From Macrostomum hystrix (Eukaryota > Animalia > Platyhelminthes): a stretch of 64,000 bases of DNA. The DNA lies in the NCBI GenBank assembly GCA_950097015.1, contig CATNEN010000038.1, positions 28,892,001-28,956,000 on the forward strand, read 5' to 3'. Positions 1 through 13,200 of the stretch are shown here, piece after piece. Below the pieces are notes generated by a model that was not told the DNA's origin, made no database searches, and saw only the letters and a program-made list of their open reading frames with translations. Position numbers and translations under genes: made by a program. Position 1 is the first letter of the stretch, and every line of letters begins with the position of its first letter.

Positions 1-320
1 ATAGGGGAATGGGATAACCGTCTGATAGGGGAATGGGATAACCGTCTGATAGGGGAATGGGATAACCGTCTGATAGAGGAACGGGATAACCGTCTGATAG
101 AGGAACGGGATAACCGTCTGATAGAGGAATGGGACAACCGTCTGATACAGGAAATGGGATAACCGTCTAAAAAGGAATATGAGAGACCCATCTAAAAATG
201 GATATGGGATAACCATCTAAAAGGAGATACGGGATAACCATCTAAAAAGGAGATATGGAATAACCATCTAATACGGGAAATGGGATAACAGAATAAAACG
301 GGAATTGGGATAACCGTCTT
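1..320. repeat. 24-bp minisatellite (ATAGGGGAATGGGATAACCGTCTG), degenerating rightwards, in an SLC25A20 intron
   Basis: Direct tandem copies from base 1; later copies keep the GGGATAACC core. Confidence 0.95.
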
Positions 321-425
321 ATTTGGGAAAAAGGGCAACTGTATGAAGTGTGGAGTGACGCAAGTGTAACCTATTGGACCAAGTCGTGGGCAAATGCGGA
401 GGTCGTATGTAAATCAGACTATCAC

Positions 426-2949
426 CTTGTAGATACTGCGAATGCCGCCCTCCTTATAAAGCTGCTTGGCGCAGTCGACTGGGCCTTTGTACTTCTGCGG
501 GCCGTGACTGTCGGCCTGAATCTGCAGCAGGCATTTGATCCGCTCGCCTGGTACCATAATGCCAGTGGTGAACACACCGGATAGGCCGCCAGCTAGGAAT
601 AGTTGAAATTTAGTCAGTGGAACATTCGGATCTTTGATCTGCAATCGTTTGCCAAGATCGTTGCCAAAGAAGCAGACGGCAAACATTGGTGTCACACCAG
701 CTAGGGGAGCCAGCATGCCTTTGTAGAGGCCCCGAAAGCCTTCCTTGGTGACTGTTTTTTTGGCACAGTCCCATGTGCCTAGGTAGCGAGGCTGCTCACC
801 GGGTGCTGGCTTTGGCTGAGTCTGCAGCCTCACCTAAGCAATCAATGGTCAAATTGGTGGATCACTTTTGGACAATATTTTAAATGATAGATAAAACAGC
901 TGTATCACAAACAAAGAAAAAAATTAGTTTTATCAATATAACTGCTTAAAAATGTCTAAGCAGCTGAAAAACTTGGTATCATGGTAGCATATACTATCAG
1001 TTATGAATAAGATTATTTCATATGAATAACTATCAGCTATTTATAATGAGGCAGTGAATAATTAGGACACTTTTTCATTTTGAATTTCCGCCACTTTTTC
1101 TCACGCGCTAGCTATTTGTCGTAACCTCACGCGGTGCTCATTGTTTGTTGTTTGCGCACTCACGCGGAACATGCACCCACCCCAATTTTGGTATATATAT
1201 ACAGAGAAAAATATAATGCGATCTTCACCTCGATCCCCAACCACACCGTTAACACTGGTTAACTCTGTTTACCTCTGTTTGACCTGCTATACGTTTTCGA
1301 TGTTTTGCTCTACGAAATATAAGCGATTACACTTCCTAACTCTTTCCCTGTTTCACTATTAAATAGACTGAGTTCCTTAGTTATTTTCCTAATAAGAGGA
1401 AAACAGTTAAGATACCTTTGCCTTCCCAATCCTCTCCCATAGATCTCTTGTCGGCCTTCTTTACCAAAAATCCACCCTATTATATGACCCCTTTGAAATC
1501 CCAAAATACCGTCCTAAAATCCCGTCTAAAAATCCATCTGATGTCTATCTGAAGTCCACCTAAGGTTCCCTAAATACCCCCCTGAAGTCCCAAAACTAGC
1601 CTTTATCCCCCTAATGAAACTGTACTAATTCCGGACCCCATAGAGGAAAGTAAGTGAGATTGAAAAGGACGTTCACCAAGCAACTTCGATCCATCCTGAT
1701 ACGCCCCACGGACTGTGTGCCCCAGATCAGTGACCTAAGCCCTCTTGCCAGCAGCAGTCAATTCTTCTCCCAGTGTTAGTAGCTAGTGTCTTGCCACTCG
1801 GGCATTAGCTCTACCTTAGGTATAACACGAACAGCGTGAAAAATACCTATTCTCACCCTCATAACTTACGCTACCATTCCCCCCAAATACTCAGCTCACC
1901 AATCCCAAATCCAACAAATAGAGAGAGAGCTGAGAGGTCTGCTACAATAACTTTATTTTAACATTTTCTTTACAGTATTACTCAGGCTTCTATTGAATTG
2001 AAGTGTATGAGCAACCCACACATACACATAAAAATTATTGAATTACTATTATTTTTGTCATATATAGGTTTATTTACTTGATAAATTCCTATATAGGATT
2101 TAAAACTTAATGGTTTCCTTTAGAATATCTTAATATTTCACTTGGACTCAACCCTTTAAGTTAAAAAATGAAATTTTAATTTTATACTATTTTCTCATAA
2201 ACTTTAGCTTTTTAACAAACTCATTGAGTCAAACTCTATTATTATTTACTTGAACACTTGGCACTTAAGAAAGTTAGTTTTTCCTCTCCTTAGTGCTCCC
2301 ATATGTATATTATATAAAGGTAGCTGTTTGCATGCCTTATATGTAGGGCCTAACAGTTGGTGCATCTAAACAAAATATTATGCTTCATTATTAACTTATG
2401 TTTGTGCAAAGTTATAAGAACAATACAATATTATATTTATATAGCACCTATTTGATTTTTAACCTAATAAAATAATATGTCATAGCTAAAAACAAGCCTT
2501 AAATGATACAATTCAATGCTATAATGCAAAAATACTAATATGGCTGAAATAAATAGCTTCAATACAATTTGCTTTCATGCACTTTGATGTTCATTTACAT
2601 ACATAAAATATAAATATAATTGTTAGTCTTTAGTTAGCTTTAAATTTAAGAAACTTATTTTGTGATTTATTTTGAGATGTAGGCCTATCAATATAAAATC
2701 ACAAAAGTTATATAGGCCTACTTAAATTTAAGCTTTGCCTAAAATACCTCTAGTGACACCGAATTTTATAGGTACTAACAAATAATTAAGGTTGGTTAGC
2801 TTATCTGAGTAGCCATTCATTTCAATTCTTACCTTAATAGTGTCAAGTGGATGACCCGTTGCAACACAACACATTCCACCAGCGCCACCAGCAAAAAAGC
2901 TCTTGATGCCACTAACTTTCTCACCTTTTACTTCAGAATTATCAGTCAT
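426..2949 (-). CDS. SLC25A20: Mitochondrial carnitine/acylcarnitine translocase, partial (coding exons 2949-2833 and 833-426; 3' exons lie left of the window)
   Basis: Exon 1 MTDNSE...[22 protein letters not shown] ends AAG|GTAAGA. Exon 2 starts TTAG|GTG giving VRLQTQP...[23 protein letters not shown]...[12 protein letters not shown] and ends YK|GT. Carrier signatures PLDTIKVR and PGERIKCL match the CACT/colt/dif-1 subfamily. Confidence 0.92.
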
Positions 2950-4866
2950 TTTTTAAGCTAACTTCGGATATTTAACTAGGGCTTATGGTACTGGGTGGCT
3001 ATAATATATTTTAAATGAGATCTATTGTCACTACAAAACAAACAAATCAAAACAGATAAAATACTATTATTATTATTTTATTAATAATGGCAAGGTTTCA
3101 AAATTATAACACACAAATTTGAGGACTAATAAGTAGTTGTGAGTAGCTAAAGATTTGGTTTGATAGCTAAATGTTTGCGTTACACCAACCTATAACTAAC
3201 TCAGTAGGCCTAATAGCTACCTAATAATATAGTAGTAGCTTTGCCTAGACTGTGCTTATAGATAGTGTACTCTATTGTCAATTTCAATTCTATTTATTTG
3301 AAAGTAATAAAAAAATTGAATCTGCTGTATGATATAAAAAGCGAATATATTAATACACTTTTAAACAGATTATGGATCTTGTAAGAGATAACAAAAATAT
3401 AAACAATTTTCCTGAATTGTCAACCAAAGTCAACCTTGTTAGCAAAGCAACGTCAAAAAGTGTCACATAAGTTACTTATATACTACTTATAAGTTACTTA
3501 ATTACCATAAAATTATTTTTAATATCTTACCTTTAATGTTGCTTTAACTGCAGTGGAAAACTACCTTTGTTTTAACTTGTGAATTGTTTTTCGCACATTT
3601 AAGCGGACTATTTTATCTATTATTTTCGTGGAAAACAAAAAGGAAATAAAGCTGTTATAATCTTCATACATCACTACAACCACATTATGCAATAAAGTGT
3701 AAGCTTTTACAGTTATTTATGTGATGCAAAGCTGGCATTCATGTTTTCTACATTTTTTGCGACTCTTTTACTTTAAATAGCTATTAAGTGTAGATCAAAA
3801 ATATTCATTTTTGTATATTAAATAAATTGATATTATTGATATTGATATTACAGTACATTGATTTATAAGTATATTAAATACCTCTTTATGTATATAAAAA
3901 TATTTTTTGTGGAAAATCAAAACTACCCCATATTGCCTTGCTTCCAAACTTAATGTTTATGTTGTGAGGCTCTTTTAGTATAATTTAAATTCTAGTATTT
4001 TCTAACTAAGCCTAGTACAACATTACACTTTTACATATTTTATTTTATGTATATAATTTCACTCTATGGTAGCATATAACATTACTCATTAGTGCCTAAG
4101 TGGTGAGCCACTATTTCTTAGTTATTAATCAGACTAGGGTAAAACATCATCAACCGAACAAGAAATAGATGATTTTACACATTCAACCTTCTTTTAAAAT
4201 TTAACTATGCTGGATAAGCCTATTGCATATTAAATTTTTTAATTATCTTCTGTTTCAAAGTTCTAAATATACTAATTCAGCATAAATTTACTTTCGTTCA
4301 CAAAATTATTTTCTTCTTTTAAAATGTTGAACGTTGAACGATGAAGCAGATAATGTCAGCTGGTAACACAACTGGTAGGAAACATTTTTAAACAGCACTG
4401 AGCATTACTCAGTTCAGTTCAATGCAGTCCTGACTGTCTCAGATCCTAAACTGGGTAATAATGACAAATCCAGTACAGAATGCTGCCAAATGTCTTGAAG
4501 TCTCTAAAATCCAAACTATAGTAAGGGCTCAATAAAACTCAGCCAAATTTCTGTGCCCCAAACAACTCTACACGGCTACTATGGGCCATAGAAAACTGCC
4601 ATTTTTTGTCATTCTGTGTCATTGGCACCATTTTAAAAGAGGAAAAAAATTCGCAAACGAAAGTAAATTTATGCCACTAATTCTCACATGTTGTTTCAAT
4701 TGTTTGTCTGTCTGTCATTTAGATATATTTTCCTAGACTTCTGGCAACTCAACATTAAGCATTTTTTCTGTAAAAGGCTATAGGCTATTTTTATTTTGAA
4801 ATTCTTTATATTAAGATAAAAAAAATTAAGTAAAAAATCTTCATAAAAGCTAGAATCTGATTTGGA

Positions 4867-5338
4867 GGATCCTAGACACTTTGTCATCTTACAACTTTGT
4901 AATCTTACAACTTCGTCATCCACTTGGAAGGTAGGACACTTTGTCATCCAGCCAATTGGCATGCTTTAAATTTTGGTCAGTTTGTCATCTAACTAGGCCT
5001 AATAACAAGCAATCAAGTTTGTCATCAATAAAGTGAGGGTGGGGTGGTGGGGCAGAGGTGTAAACACACCTCTTGTATACAGACTTCTTCTTGTATACAG
5101 ACTAGATAAACACACTTTCACTTCACACTCTAAATTGTCAAAAAGAGGTGTCAAAAGTGATTTCATTATGAGAGTTGAAAGGTGCCAACATGATCATGTG
5201 GGGAGGGGTGGTTCTGTTCTAACTTTGAAAACTTTTGTTTTCTAGATGACAAAGTGTCCACAAGTCTAAGTCTCTTTGTCATCCACCCTCTTAGATATTG
5301 GATAGATCGTCATCTGGATGACAAAGTGTCCAGGTACC
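4867..5338. mobile_element. Non-autonomous DNA transposon (MITE) with imperfect ~22-bp TIRs and internal TTTGTCATC motif repeats
   Basis: Left end GGATCCTAGACACTTTGTCATC versus right-end reverse complement GGTACCTGGACACTTTGTCATC. Flanks GATTTGGA (4859-4866) and GATTTGGT (5339-5346) look like an 8-bp TSD with one mismatch. Confidence 0.65.
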
Positions 5339-5970
5339 GATTTGGTAGCCTCTAGAAGGCCAATATACTTCTTGCTGAGATGAAATTGACTTTGCCTTTG
5401 GTTGAAAGTTTAATGTTATTTTTATCTGTTTAGTTCATTTTCTCTCTAGTTGAGGCTTAGCCTTTAGTCTTCAAAGCAAGGTGAAAAGCAGGCATTCTCA
5501 CATTCTAATTGCCTCCGTGTATTGATTAAGAGAGGGAGTCAACTGCTATTGAGGGGTCTGATTTGTTCAATTAACAACTATGTACAATCAGGCTGGGGCA
5601 GGCAGTTGTGCTTAAAATTAAATTGAACATTATTTTAGGCCTCTTAGTGAAAGCAAGATAATAATGTACTTACTAAAATGTCTGGCTTTTCACTGTGATC
5701 AGTTGATATGCTCAGTTGATATATAACATGTTGAGATTTCTAGGACACCAATCACAATGCTTAGCTTACTGCTGGCTGGGTGACAAGCAAGTGTGGTAGC
5801 TGGGACTGTGGATGTTGTTCCAACTTAGACTTGCAAGTTTACAATCATGGCATGGGTTACACAAACTATCACTGTTCCAAAATAAAGACTGGCACTGTTC
5901 TAGTATAGACTGGGATTCTTCTTGTATACAGACTAGATAAACACACTTTCAACAATTCTGAGCTATTCAA

Positions 5971-6283
5971 TAATAATAATAATAATTGATTACACCTGCC
6001 GCAATTGGGTCAGATGTGCAGCCGACAGCACAGCCGCAGCTAATGCGCGGCGCATCTGAAGGCTGCGTACAGCTGTTCAGTCCATGGACTGGGGGGACGC
6101 CACACCCACCTTTAATTATCCCAGCTGATGCTGGTACCCATTTTAACAGCTGAGTGAACTGAAGCAATGCAGAGTTAAGTGTCTTGCTAAAGGACGCAAA
6201 TTGTTCCAGTGGAGTCGGGAATCGAACCCCCAACCTTCAAGTCGTGAGTCCAACGCCTTAACCACTAGGCTACAACCTCTTGT
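5971..6283 (-). mobile_element. tRNA-derived CORE-like SINE (family A), full length
   Basis: Minus strand has A box TAGCCTAGTGG, B box GGTTCGATTCC, a CORE-like segment GTCCTTTAGCAAGACACTTAACT...CAGTTCACTCAGCTGTTAAAATGGG and an (ATT)n tail. 12-bp TSD TGAGCTATTCAA at 5959-5970 and 6284-6295. Confidence 0.85.
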
Positions 6284-6654
6284 TGAGCTATTCAACAATA
6301 GCTCAAACACATCAAACCCATTTATGACTGGAGTTGGGATACATAAACTCAGGAAAAGACTGTTTAAAAAAGTCAGGAAATGTCATTAAATAAAATACCT
6401 GAACCCTAACACAAGCTATCTTGCTGCAAGCTATCTTCTTGCTTGAAACTTCCACCCATTTTATTGCTTCAGGAACTCCTGGCTGAAACTAGAATTAGCC
6501 TATTACCTGGTGCCAGTAATGCTTCAAGGAGGTAGTTAGTACTCATTTTTTAGACACTTCGACACTTAGCACTTACCTTCTGTCTGTTGTTGACTGATCA
6601 TGATTTGCATTTGTATTAAAATTATGAAAAATAACAAGTTTCCTTTACTCCTAA

Positions 6655-6830
6655 CTCCACTAGAAGGATTTTTGTCCTTTAGCAAGACACTTTATGAATT
6701 ATTCTGCATTGATGTAGTTCACCCAGCTCTTAAATCGATACAAGCATTAGTTGAGTAAATTATGAGTGGATGTGGTATCCTTCCAGTCTATGGACTGAAT
6801 AGACATACTCAGCTTTCAGAAGCACTGTAT
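6655..6830 (+). mobile_element. Degenerate family-A SINE body, inverted relative to the 5971-6283 copy
   Basis: GTCCTTTAGCAAGACACTT...GTTCACCCAGCT...CCAGTCTATGGACTGAATAG aligns with the family-A body. Confidence 0.7.
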
Positions 6831-7040
6831 TATTAATCTGGCCTGATTAGGTCAGGTTTGAGATTCATTAAATCAGTCTTGAGACTTAAACAGTTATATT
6901 TTTCACTTCAATAATTAACATTAGTTCTAAACATCTCATACGTAACTTGCCTTTTCAGTTGTAAAGCATAAATTTTAATTAGAAACGATTTGGTTTCTGT
7001 GAAAAAATATCAATATTGAAAAAGCTGGCCATAGATCATC

Positions 7041-7523
7041 ATGCCGAAACGTCGCAAGCAGCTTGATCAGAAGATCTCAGATCTTTTTCCTTTGAAGAGG
7101 CGAACAGTCGCTTCAACAACTGGCAGCTGCAGCGTCACTGAATCTTCTGAACCTAGCGCGACAACAGATCAGAATAATGATGAGAATATTGTTAATTCGG
7201 TTAAACAACAGGCTAAGAAACGCGCGGATCAGCACACTCTTGCTCCAGAAACCACCACCGTGGCACCTGCTGCATCGTCTTCATCAGCACCATCTGTGTC
7301 TCCAACAAGTCCCTTAACCCAGCAGGATCTAACAGTTCTGCGCGACTTTGATCTCAATTGGGAATTCGGCCCCTGTATTGGTATTAGCCGTCTGCAACGC
7401 TGGGAGAGGGCCGTTAAGCGTGGCTTATCGCCGCCGCAGTTTGTTCGCAGCTTAGTACTTGCTCACGCTGGCAATCCACTGTATACTGAGAGCATTTGGT
7501 TTGCTTATTCTGATTTGATTTAA
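7041..7523 (+). CDS. POLD4: DNA polymerase delta subunit 4 (p12/Cdm1), uninterrupted 160-aa CDS
   Basis: N-terminal PIP/degron-like DQKISDLFPLKRR and the conserved C-terminal LRDFDLNWEFGPCIGISRLQRWERAVKRGLSPP motif of p12. Confidence 0.93.
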   Translation: MPKRRKQLDQKISDLFPLKRRTVASTTGSCSVTESSEPSATTDQNNDENIVNSVKQQAKKRADQHTLAPETTTVAPAASSSSAPSVSPTSPLTQQDLTVLRDFDLNWEFGPCIGISRLQRWERAVKRGLSPPQFVRSLVLAHAGNPLYTESIWFAYSDLI

Positions 7524-7779
7524 TCCGCTGCTGCTGTTTATTTGCAATACGAACGGATGAAACCCATTGGTGATGTTAAACACTGTGAAGGCTTTGACAC
7601 AGCCTCTTAGTTTCTTCAGACGGATGCAGCTCTGAAGAGAGGCATTTGAAATGAACACAAAAATTAATTCGGAATGATGATTGAGTAACGATTATTAGCA
7701 TCCAGCAACTAACCTACTTCTAGTAGTAACACATGACTTTTAACAGTAAAAAGACCATGTGGGTTCATCGTTAAGGGTG

Positions 7780-7880
7780 GAAAAAATTATCCACGTGGTG
7801 GAATTCAAGAAAATCGATCATTCAGTTTGGGAGATATTGTGATGAAGGCAGTGGATATTTCAAATACACTCGTGGTCTCT
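7780..7880 (-). mobile_element. Fragment of interspersed repeat family C (unclassified, probably a DNA-transposon relic)
   Basis: Reverse complement GTATTTGAAATATCCACTGCCTTC...CCCAAACTGAATGATCGATTTTC matches the copies at ~17165, ~20150 and ~37477. Confidence 0.6.
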
Positions 7881-8793
7881 CCTTTAGGCGCGGAAATTGC
7901 GATTTTTTTCTACTGTTAACCAACTGCAGTCTACATGCTTCTGTCAGGAGTAAGTTTGCTTTTATTTGTAAATTTAAATAACACGTCATCTAATTGCTCT
8001 CTAACTAAGTAGTAAAATGTGCTTAATTCCAAATTAAATTACAAGTGGCTTTAATATAGGTTACTATTTGAACAGTGAAATCATTATTCTACTGGGTAAA
8101 TAGCATTAGTAACTAGGGTTGTATTTATGTAGCTAAATATAACCCAGTCAAACACCTAATTACGAGTAAGCTTTTACTAAGTAGAAAAACATTATGTTTT
8201 GTCCCAAACTTTAACTTTTTAACTGAAGTCTCTGTATTTAAATATAGGCTGTAACTGAGTTTTTTTAAACAAATTTTAATGTAGTTGTTACTATTTAAAG
8301 CTATGTGGAATGTGTTAGTTATTATTATTTTCAAACAGGTAATTTTGTTTTTCATTTCTTTTTGTTTTGTTGTACATAGGATGTACACACTAACACAATA
8401 ATTCCTAAATGTTTCTATCAATGCGTTTTAGAGGACGTTAAATTTTTTGCTAACAAAAAGGCTTTGTTGTTATTGATTTGCGTAGATTTTTTTGATGTTT
8501 TTTAAAGATTTTTTAAAACAATGATACATATTTTTTATGCAGACTTAACACTGTCAGTGACTATTGATTGTGTACTTTTAATTAAATTATTGCGTTTTTT
8601 AGATTTTAGTTTGATTTTTTGCTTCGAAATAAAAAAACCGATTTAAAGAGCTATAATATTTCTGTTTGTTAATACGGTAATTCTCATATTTTATTTGCAT
8701 ATTTTAGTAAATGAGAACATTAACTCAGTTGTAAAAAATAGAAAGCAGTTTTTTAAGTGGACTTAGGTATCTTGTCGTTTGTTACTTGCTTTT

Positions 8794-9563
8794 ACTGTCT
8801 GATCATTTAACTGTGGATTTGACTGTCTGATCATTTAACTGTGAATTTGACTGTCTGGTCATTTAACTGTGAATTTGACTGTCTGGTCATTTAACTGTGA
8901 ATTTGACTGTCTGGTCATTTAACTGTGAATTTGACTGTCTGGTCATTTAACTGTGAATTTGACTGTCTGGTCATTTAACTGTGAATTTGACTGTCTGGTC
9001 ATTTAACTGTGGATTTGACTGTCTGGTCATTTAACTGTGGATTTGACTGTCTGGTCATTTAACTGTGGATTTGACTGTCTGGTCATTTAACTGTGGATTT
9101 GACTGTCTGGTCATTTAACTGTGGATTTGACTGTCTGGTCATTTAACTGTGGATTTGACTGTCTGATCATTTAACTGTGGATTTGACTGTCTGGTCATTT
9201 AACTGTTGTGGATTTGACTGTCTGGTCATTTAACTGTGGATTTGACTGTCTGGTCATTTAACTGTGGATTTGACTGTCTGATCATTTAACTGTGGATTCG
9301 ACTGTCTGGTCATTTAACTGTGGATTTGACTGTCTGGTCATTTAACTGTGGATTTGACTGTCTGATCATTTAACTGTGGATTTGACTGTCTGGTCATTTA
9401 ACTGTGGATTTGACTGTCTGGTCATTTAACTGTGGATTTGACTGTCTGATCATTTAACTGTGGATTTGACTGTCTGGTCATTTAACTGTGGATTTGACTG
9501 TCTGGTCATTTAACTGTGGATTTGACTGTCTGGTCATTTAACTGTGGATTTGACTGTCTGGTC
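8794..9563. repeat. 28-bp minisatellite (GACTGTCTGGTCATTTAACTGTGGATTT), about 27 copies
   Basis: Near-perfect tandem copies with G/A variants; ends about 290 bp upstream of the eIF4E3 ATG. Confidence 0.97.
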
Positions 9564-9855
9564 GTTTGGTATTGGATTCGAATATGATTAGGAATATGAT
9601 TGTTTGAATATGAGAATATAATAATTTATTTTAAATATTATTGTAACTGAATGAATCCACGTCAAATCCCATTTCAGTGAGAATTCTACGACAATTAAAA
9701 AATAAATTGTGGTTTTCGTTTCTCTACATCAAGGCTAATAATCATCCTCATATAAAAATTTTATTTACCTGATTAAAATTTAGCAGACTTCCGTTTTCTC
9801 AACCACAGTCATCGCAAATATAGTTTATTGAAAAAGGCATTCGCTTCTGCCTACT

Positions 9856-10254
9856 ATGAGTAGAAACATAAACATTGGTGGCGGCGGCGGCGCCGGCCCT
9901 GGCGGATTCGCTGGTGGCGGCGGTGGTCCCTCGGTGCCTTATCCAATCAGCTCTTCTTTACCTAGCGCTGACTATCTGACTGCTCAGTATACCATGCAGC
10001 AGCAGCAGCAAATGATGAGACCTCAAAGTCCTCCTAGCCATCTTCAGCATCAGCAGCATCATCACATGCAGCAGCAGCAGCAGCATCAGAGAATGCCAAG
10101 CCCGCCCCAGGCGATGCTCTCCTCAAGTTTTCCTTCGAACTCGCTAGCCGCTATGATGCAGCAGAGGCCGTCGCTGCAGCAGGCGCCGCTGCCAACGCCG
10201 CAGCAAATCGGCCTGGCCATTATGAGCTCCATCGAGGACCACCTCATGCATCAT

Positions 10255-10288
<34 letters not shown>

Positions 10289-13200
10289 TTGCTCACTCGC
10301 ACTCAATGCAATTCTCCGGCCAGCAGCTTCACCAGCAATTTCCGCAGCAGCACCAGTTGCCTCATCAACACGCCCAGCATCCGTCACGTCCGCCACAGCA
10401 TGCCTTTCAGCAGCAGCAACGGCAGAGGCCTCCGCTGCCACCTCCATTATCTCAGCCGCAGCAGCAGCAGCAGCAGCAGCAGCAGCACATGCCGCCTAAA
10501 TTTCTGTCTCTGGCTCAGGAAAGTGCAATGCTTGCTACAGCCGTTTTGCAAGCTCCATGGTCCACCGGAGATGACAAGCAGCAGCAAGGCGCTGCCATGG
10601 CAACTCGACCATTTGCGCAGCAGCAGCAGCAGCAGCAGTTCGTTCGACCGGCGCCTCGTAAGCGTCTGAACTCTTTGCACCGCAGCAGCTCGGATCCGGA
10701 ATTTTTCACCGGTCGGCGGCGTCACTTTGTACGCGTTCAGCATCAGCAGCAACAGCAGCAGCAGCAGTCAGGGGCAAGGCAGCCGCCCACTAGGCAGACA
10801 GCAGCAGAGGCTGGCATTGCCAGGTTGCGTTTAAATAGTTGCAGAGCCGATGAGCTGCAGATGGCATCAAAAATGCCTATGTAAGTGTGGCTTAATTGCC
10901 AAAGCTCGTACTTAAGCACTTTCTAAGTAATTTTTCTTCTGTTGAAAGAACAGCTACTGAGTCGTAGCAATGGTCTAAATCGAAGTAACATAATTTCTTG
11001 AATATTAGACTCGTTGAAGGAAACTAAGGAGGAATCGGAATTCAAAAAAACTTTTAGAATCTTTTGGAATCGCATATACATATCTAGAGCAAAACAGAAT
11101 CGTAACAAGAACCGACGCTGGAATCGTACCAAAAGCCAAAGCTGGAATCGTAGCACGAACCGAAGCTGGAATCGTTCCAAAAGCCAAAGCTGGAATCGTA
11201 CCAAAAACCAATGCTATAATTGTAGCAGGAACCAAACTTGGAATCGTAGCAGGTACTAAACTTGGAATCGTAGCAAAAACCAAAGCTGGAATCGTAGCAG
11301 GAACCGAAGCTGGAATCGTAGCAGGAACCAAAGCTGGAATCGTACCAAAAGCCAAAACTAGAATCGTAGCAGCAACTAGAGCTGGTATCGAAGCAGGATC
11401 CGAAGCTAGAATCGTAGCAAGAGAGAAATCAGAGCTCAGAAAGCAATCACAGTAAGAACCGAGACAGGAATCGTAGCAAAATTACGCAAGCTATCTCTAA
11501 TTTTAAAAGCTCAAATCATACAAACCCACAGGCCACAGTCTCCAGGCGTTTCATCAGCCAACCCTGGCAACGGTTCCGCTGATGCTGATGCGCTGATTCT
11601 AGTTGAAGATGACAACGAACAGGCGGAAGATTCTAAGCCGTCAGTTGACCAAGCTGAAAAAGCGGAAGAAGAAGACGAAGATGCTCCTGGGGAGGCCGGC
11701 GTTCACGGCCTGGAAGATCCGGTTCGTTCGCCACCCGACACTGACAGCACCCTCATGCAGGCCTGCACCGTCTTGATCACTTATCGGCGATCCACTGGCG
11801 AAGCCGAACCAGAGGATGCAGCCAATGTGTCTTCTGTCGAACAGAACGACGCCGTCTACAATGATGAGGAGGAAATCGTAGCGGCGGCTACAGAAAAGTC
11901 AGCTGAGGCAGCTGCGGCAGCTGCCGCTGAGGACGCCGCTAAGCACGCCCACCTGGACAGGGTGGTGTCTCAGCAGGTAATTTTTGGGGCTATCGTAAAA
12001 TTAACCATACTCTAGGGCCAACGCTCTCACTGAGGGCACAGTGAGACTGTACACTGCCTGACAATTAAATTGTCGGGGCAGATGTACACCCCTTGTATTC
12101 GTGTGTGCTCAATGATTCGTGGAATGTGCAGAATTGTTCTCGACGGCTGGGACTCAACTGTCATTAAAAATGTACCTGCAACAAGCATGCAATCATTATC
12201 CTATGCGTTCCATCTATCCCCGACTATCTTTCTCTGTTGCAATCCATTTGACTCTCCTCTGACTCTCCCTCTGACTCTCCCTCTGACTCTCCCTCTCTGA
12301 CTCTCCCTCTGACTCTCCCTCTGACTCTCCCTCTGACTCTCCCTCTCTGACTCTCCCTCTGACTCTCCCTCTGACTCTCCCTCTCTGACTCACCCTCTGA
12401 CTCTCCCTCTGACTCTCCCTCTGACTCTCCCTCTGACTCTCCCTCTCTGACTCTCCCTCTGACTCTCCTTCTGACTCTCCCTCTGAATCTCCCTGTGACT
12501 CTCCTTCTGACTCTCCCTCGACTCTCCCTTTGACTCTCCCTCTGACTCTCCCTCTGACTCTCCCTCTGACTCTCCCTCTCTGACTCTCCCTCTGACTCTC
12601 CCTCTCTGACTCTCCCTCTGACTCTCCCTCTGACTCTCCTTCTGACTCTCCCTCTGAATCTCCCTGTGACTCTCCCTTTGACTCTCCCTCTGACTCTCCC
12701 TCTGACTCCCCCTTTGACTCTCCCTCTCTGACTCTCCCTCTCTGACTCACCCTCTGACTCTCCCTGTGACTCTCCCTCTCTGACTCTCCCTCTGACTCTC
12801 CCTCTGACACTCCCTCTGTCACTTCCTCTGATTCTCCCTTTGACTCTCCCTCCGACTCTTCATCTGAGTCTCCCTCTGACATACACTCTAGCTCTCTTAT
12901 TTCTAACCTTCTCAGGCTCTCGATGAAAAGCTAGGCGGCGGCGGCAGTTCAAGCGGCGAGATGCCGGTGCCGCTGCAGACAGCTTGGATTCTTTATCTGA
13001 GTCGCAACAATGAATGGACTAGTAACGAAGATTATTTGTCTAGGCTGCAAAAATTGAACACCATGCGATCTGTGCAGAGCTTCTGGGCTACAATGCGATA
13101 TGTGCCAAAGGTTGACATGCTGCCCACTAGAGCATGCTATCATTTTATGAGAAGCGACCGGTTGCCCGTTTGGTAAGTACCACGGTTCTTTAAATGCCTT

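Noticed and set aside
6205-6280. tRNA gene on the minus strand
   Set aside because: A and B boxes are present but the stems pair poorly, and it runs into a CORE-like body and (ATT)n tail inside a TSD; it is a SINE head.
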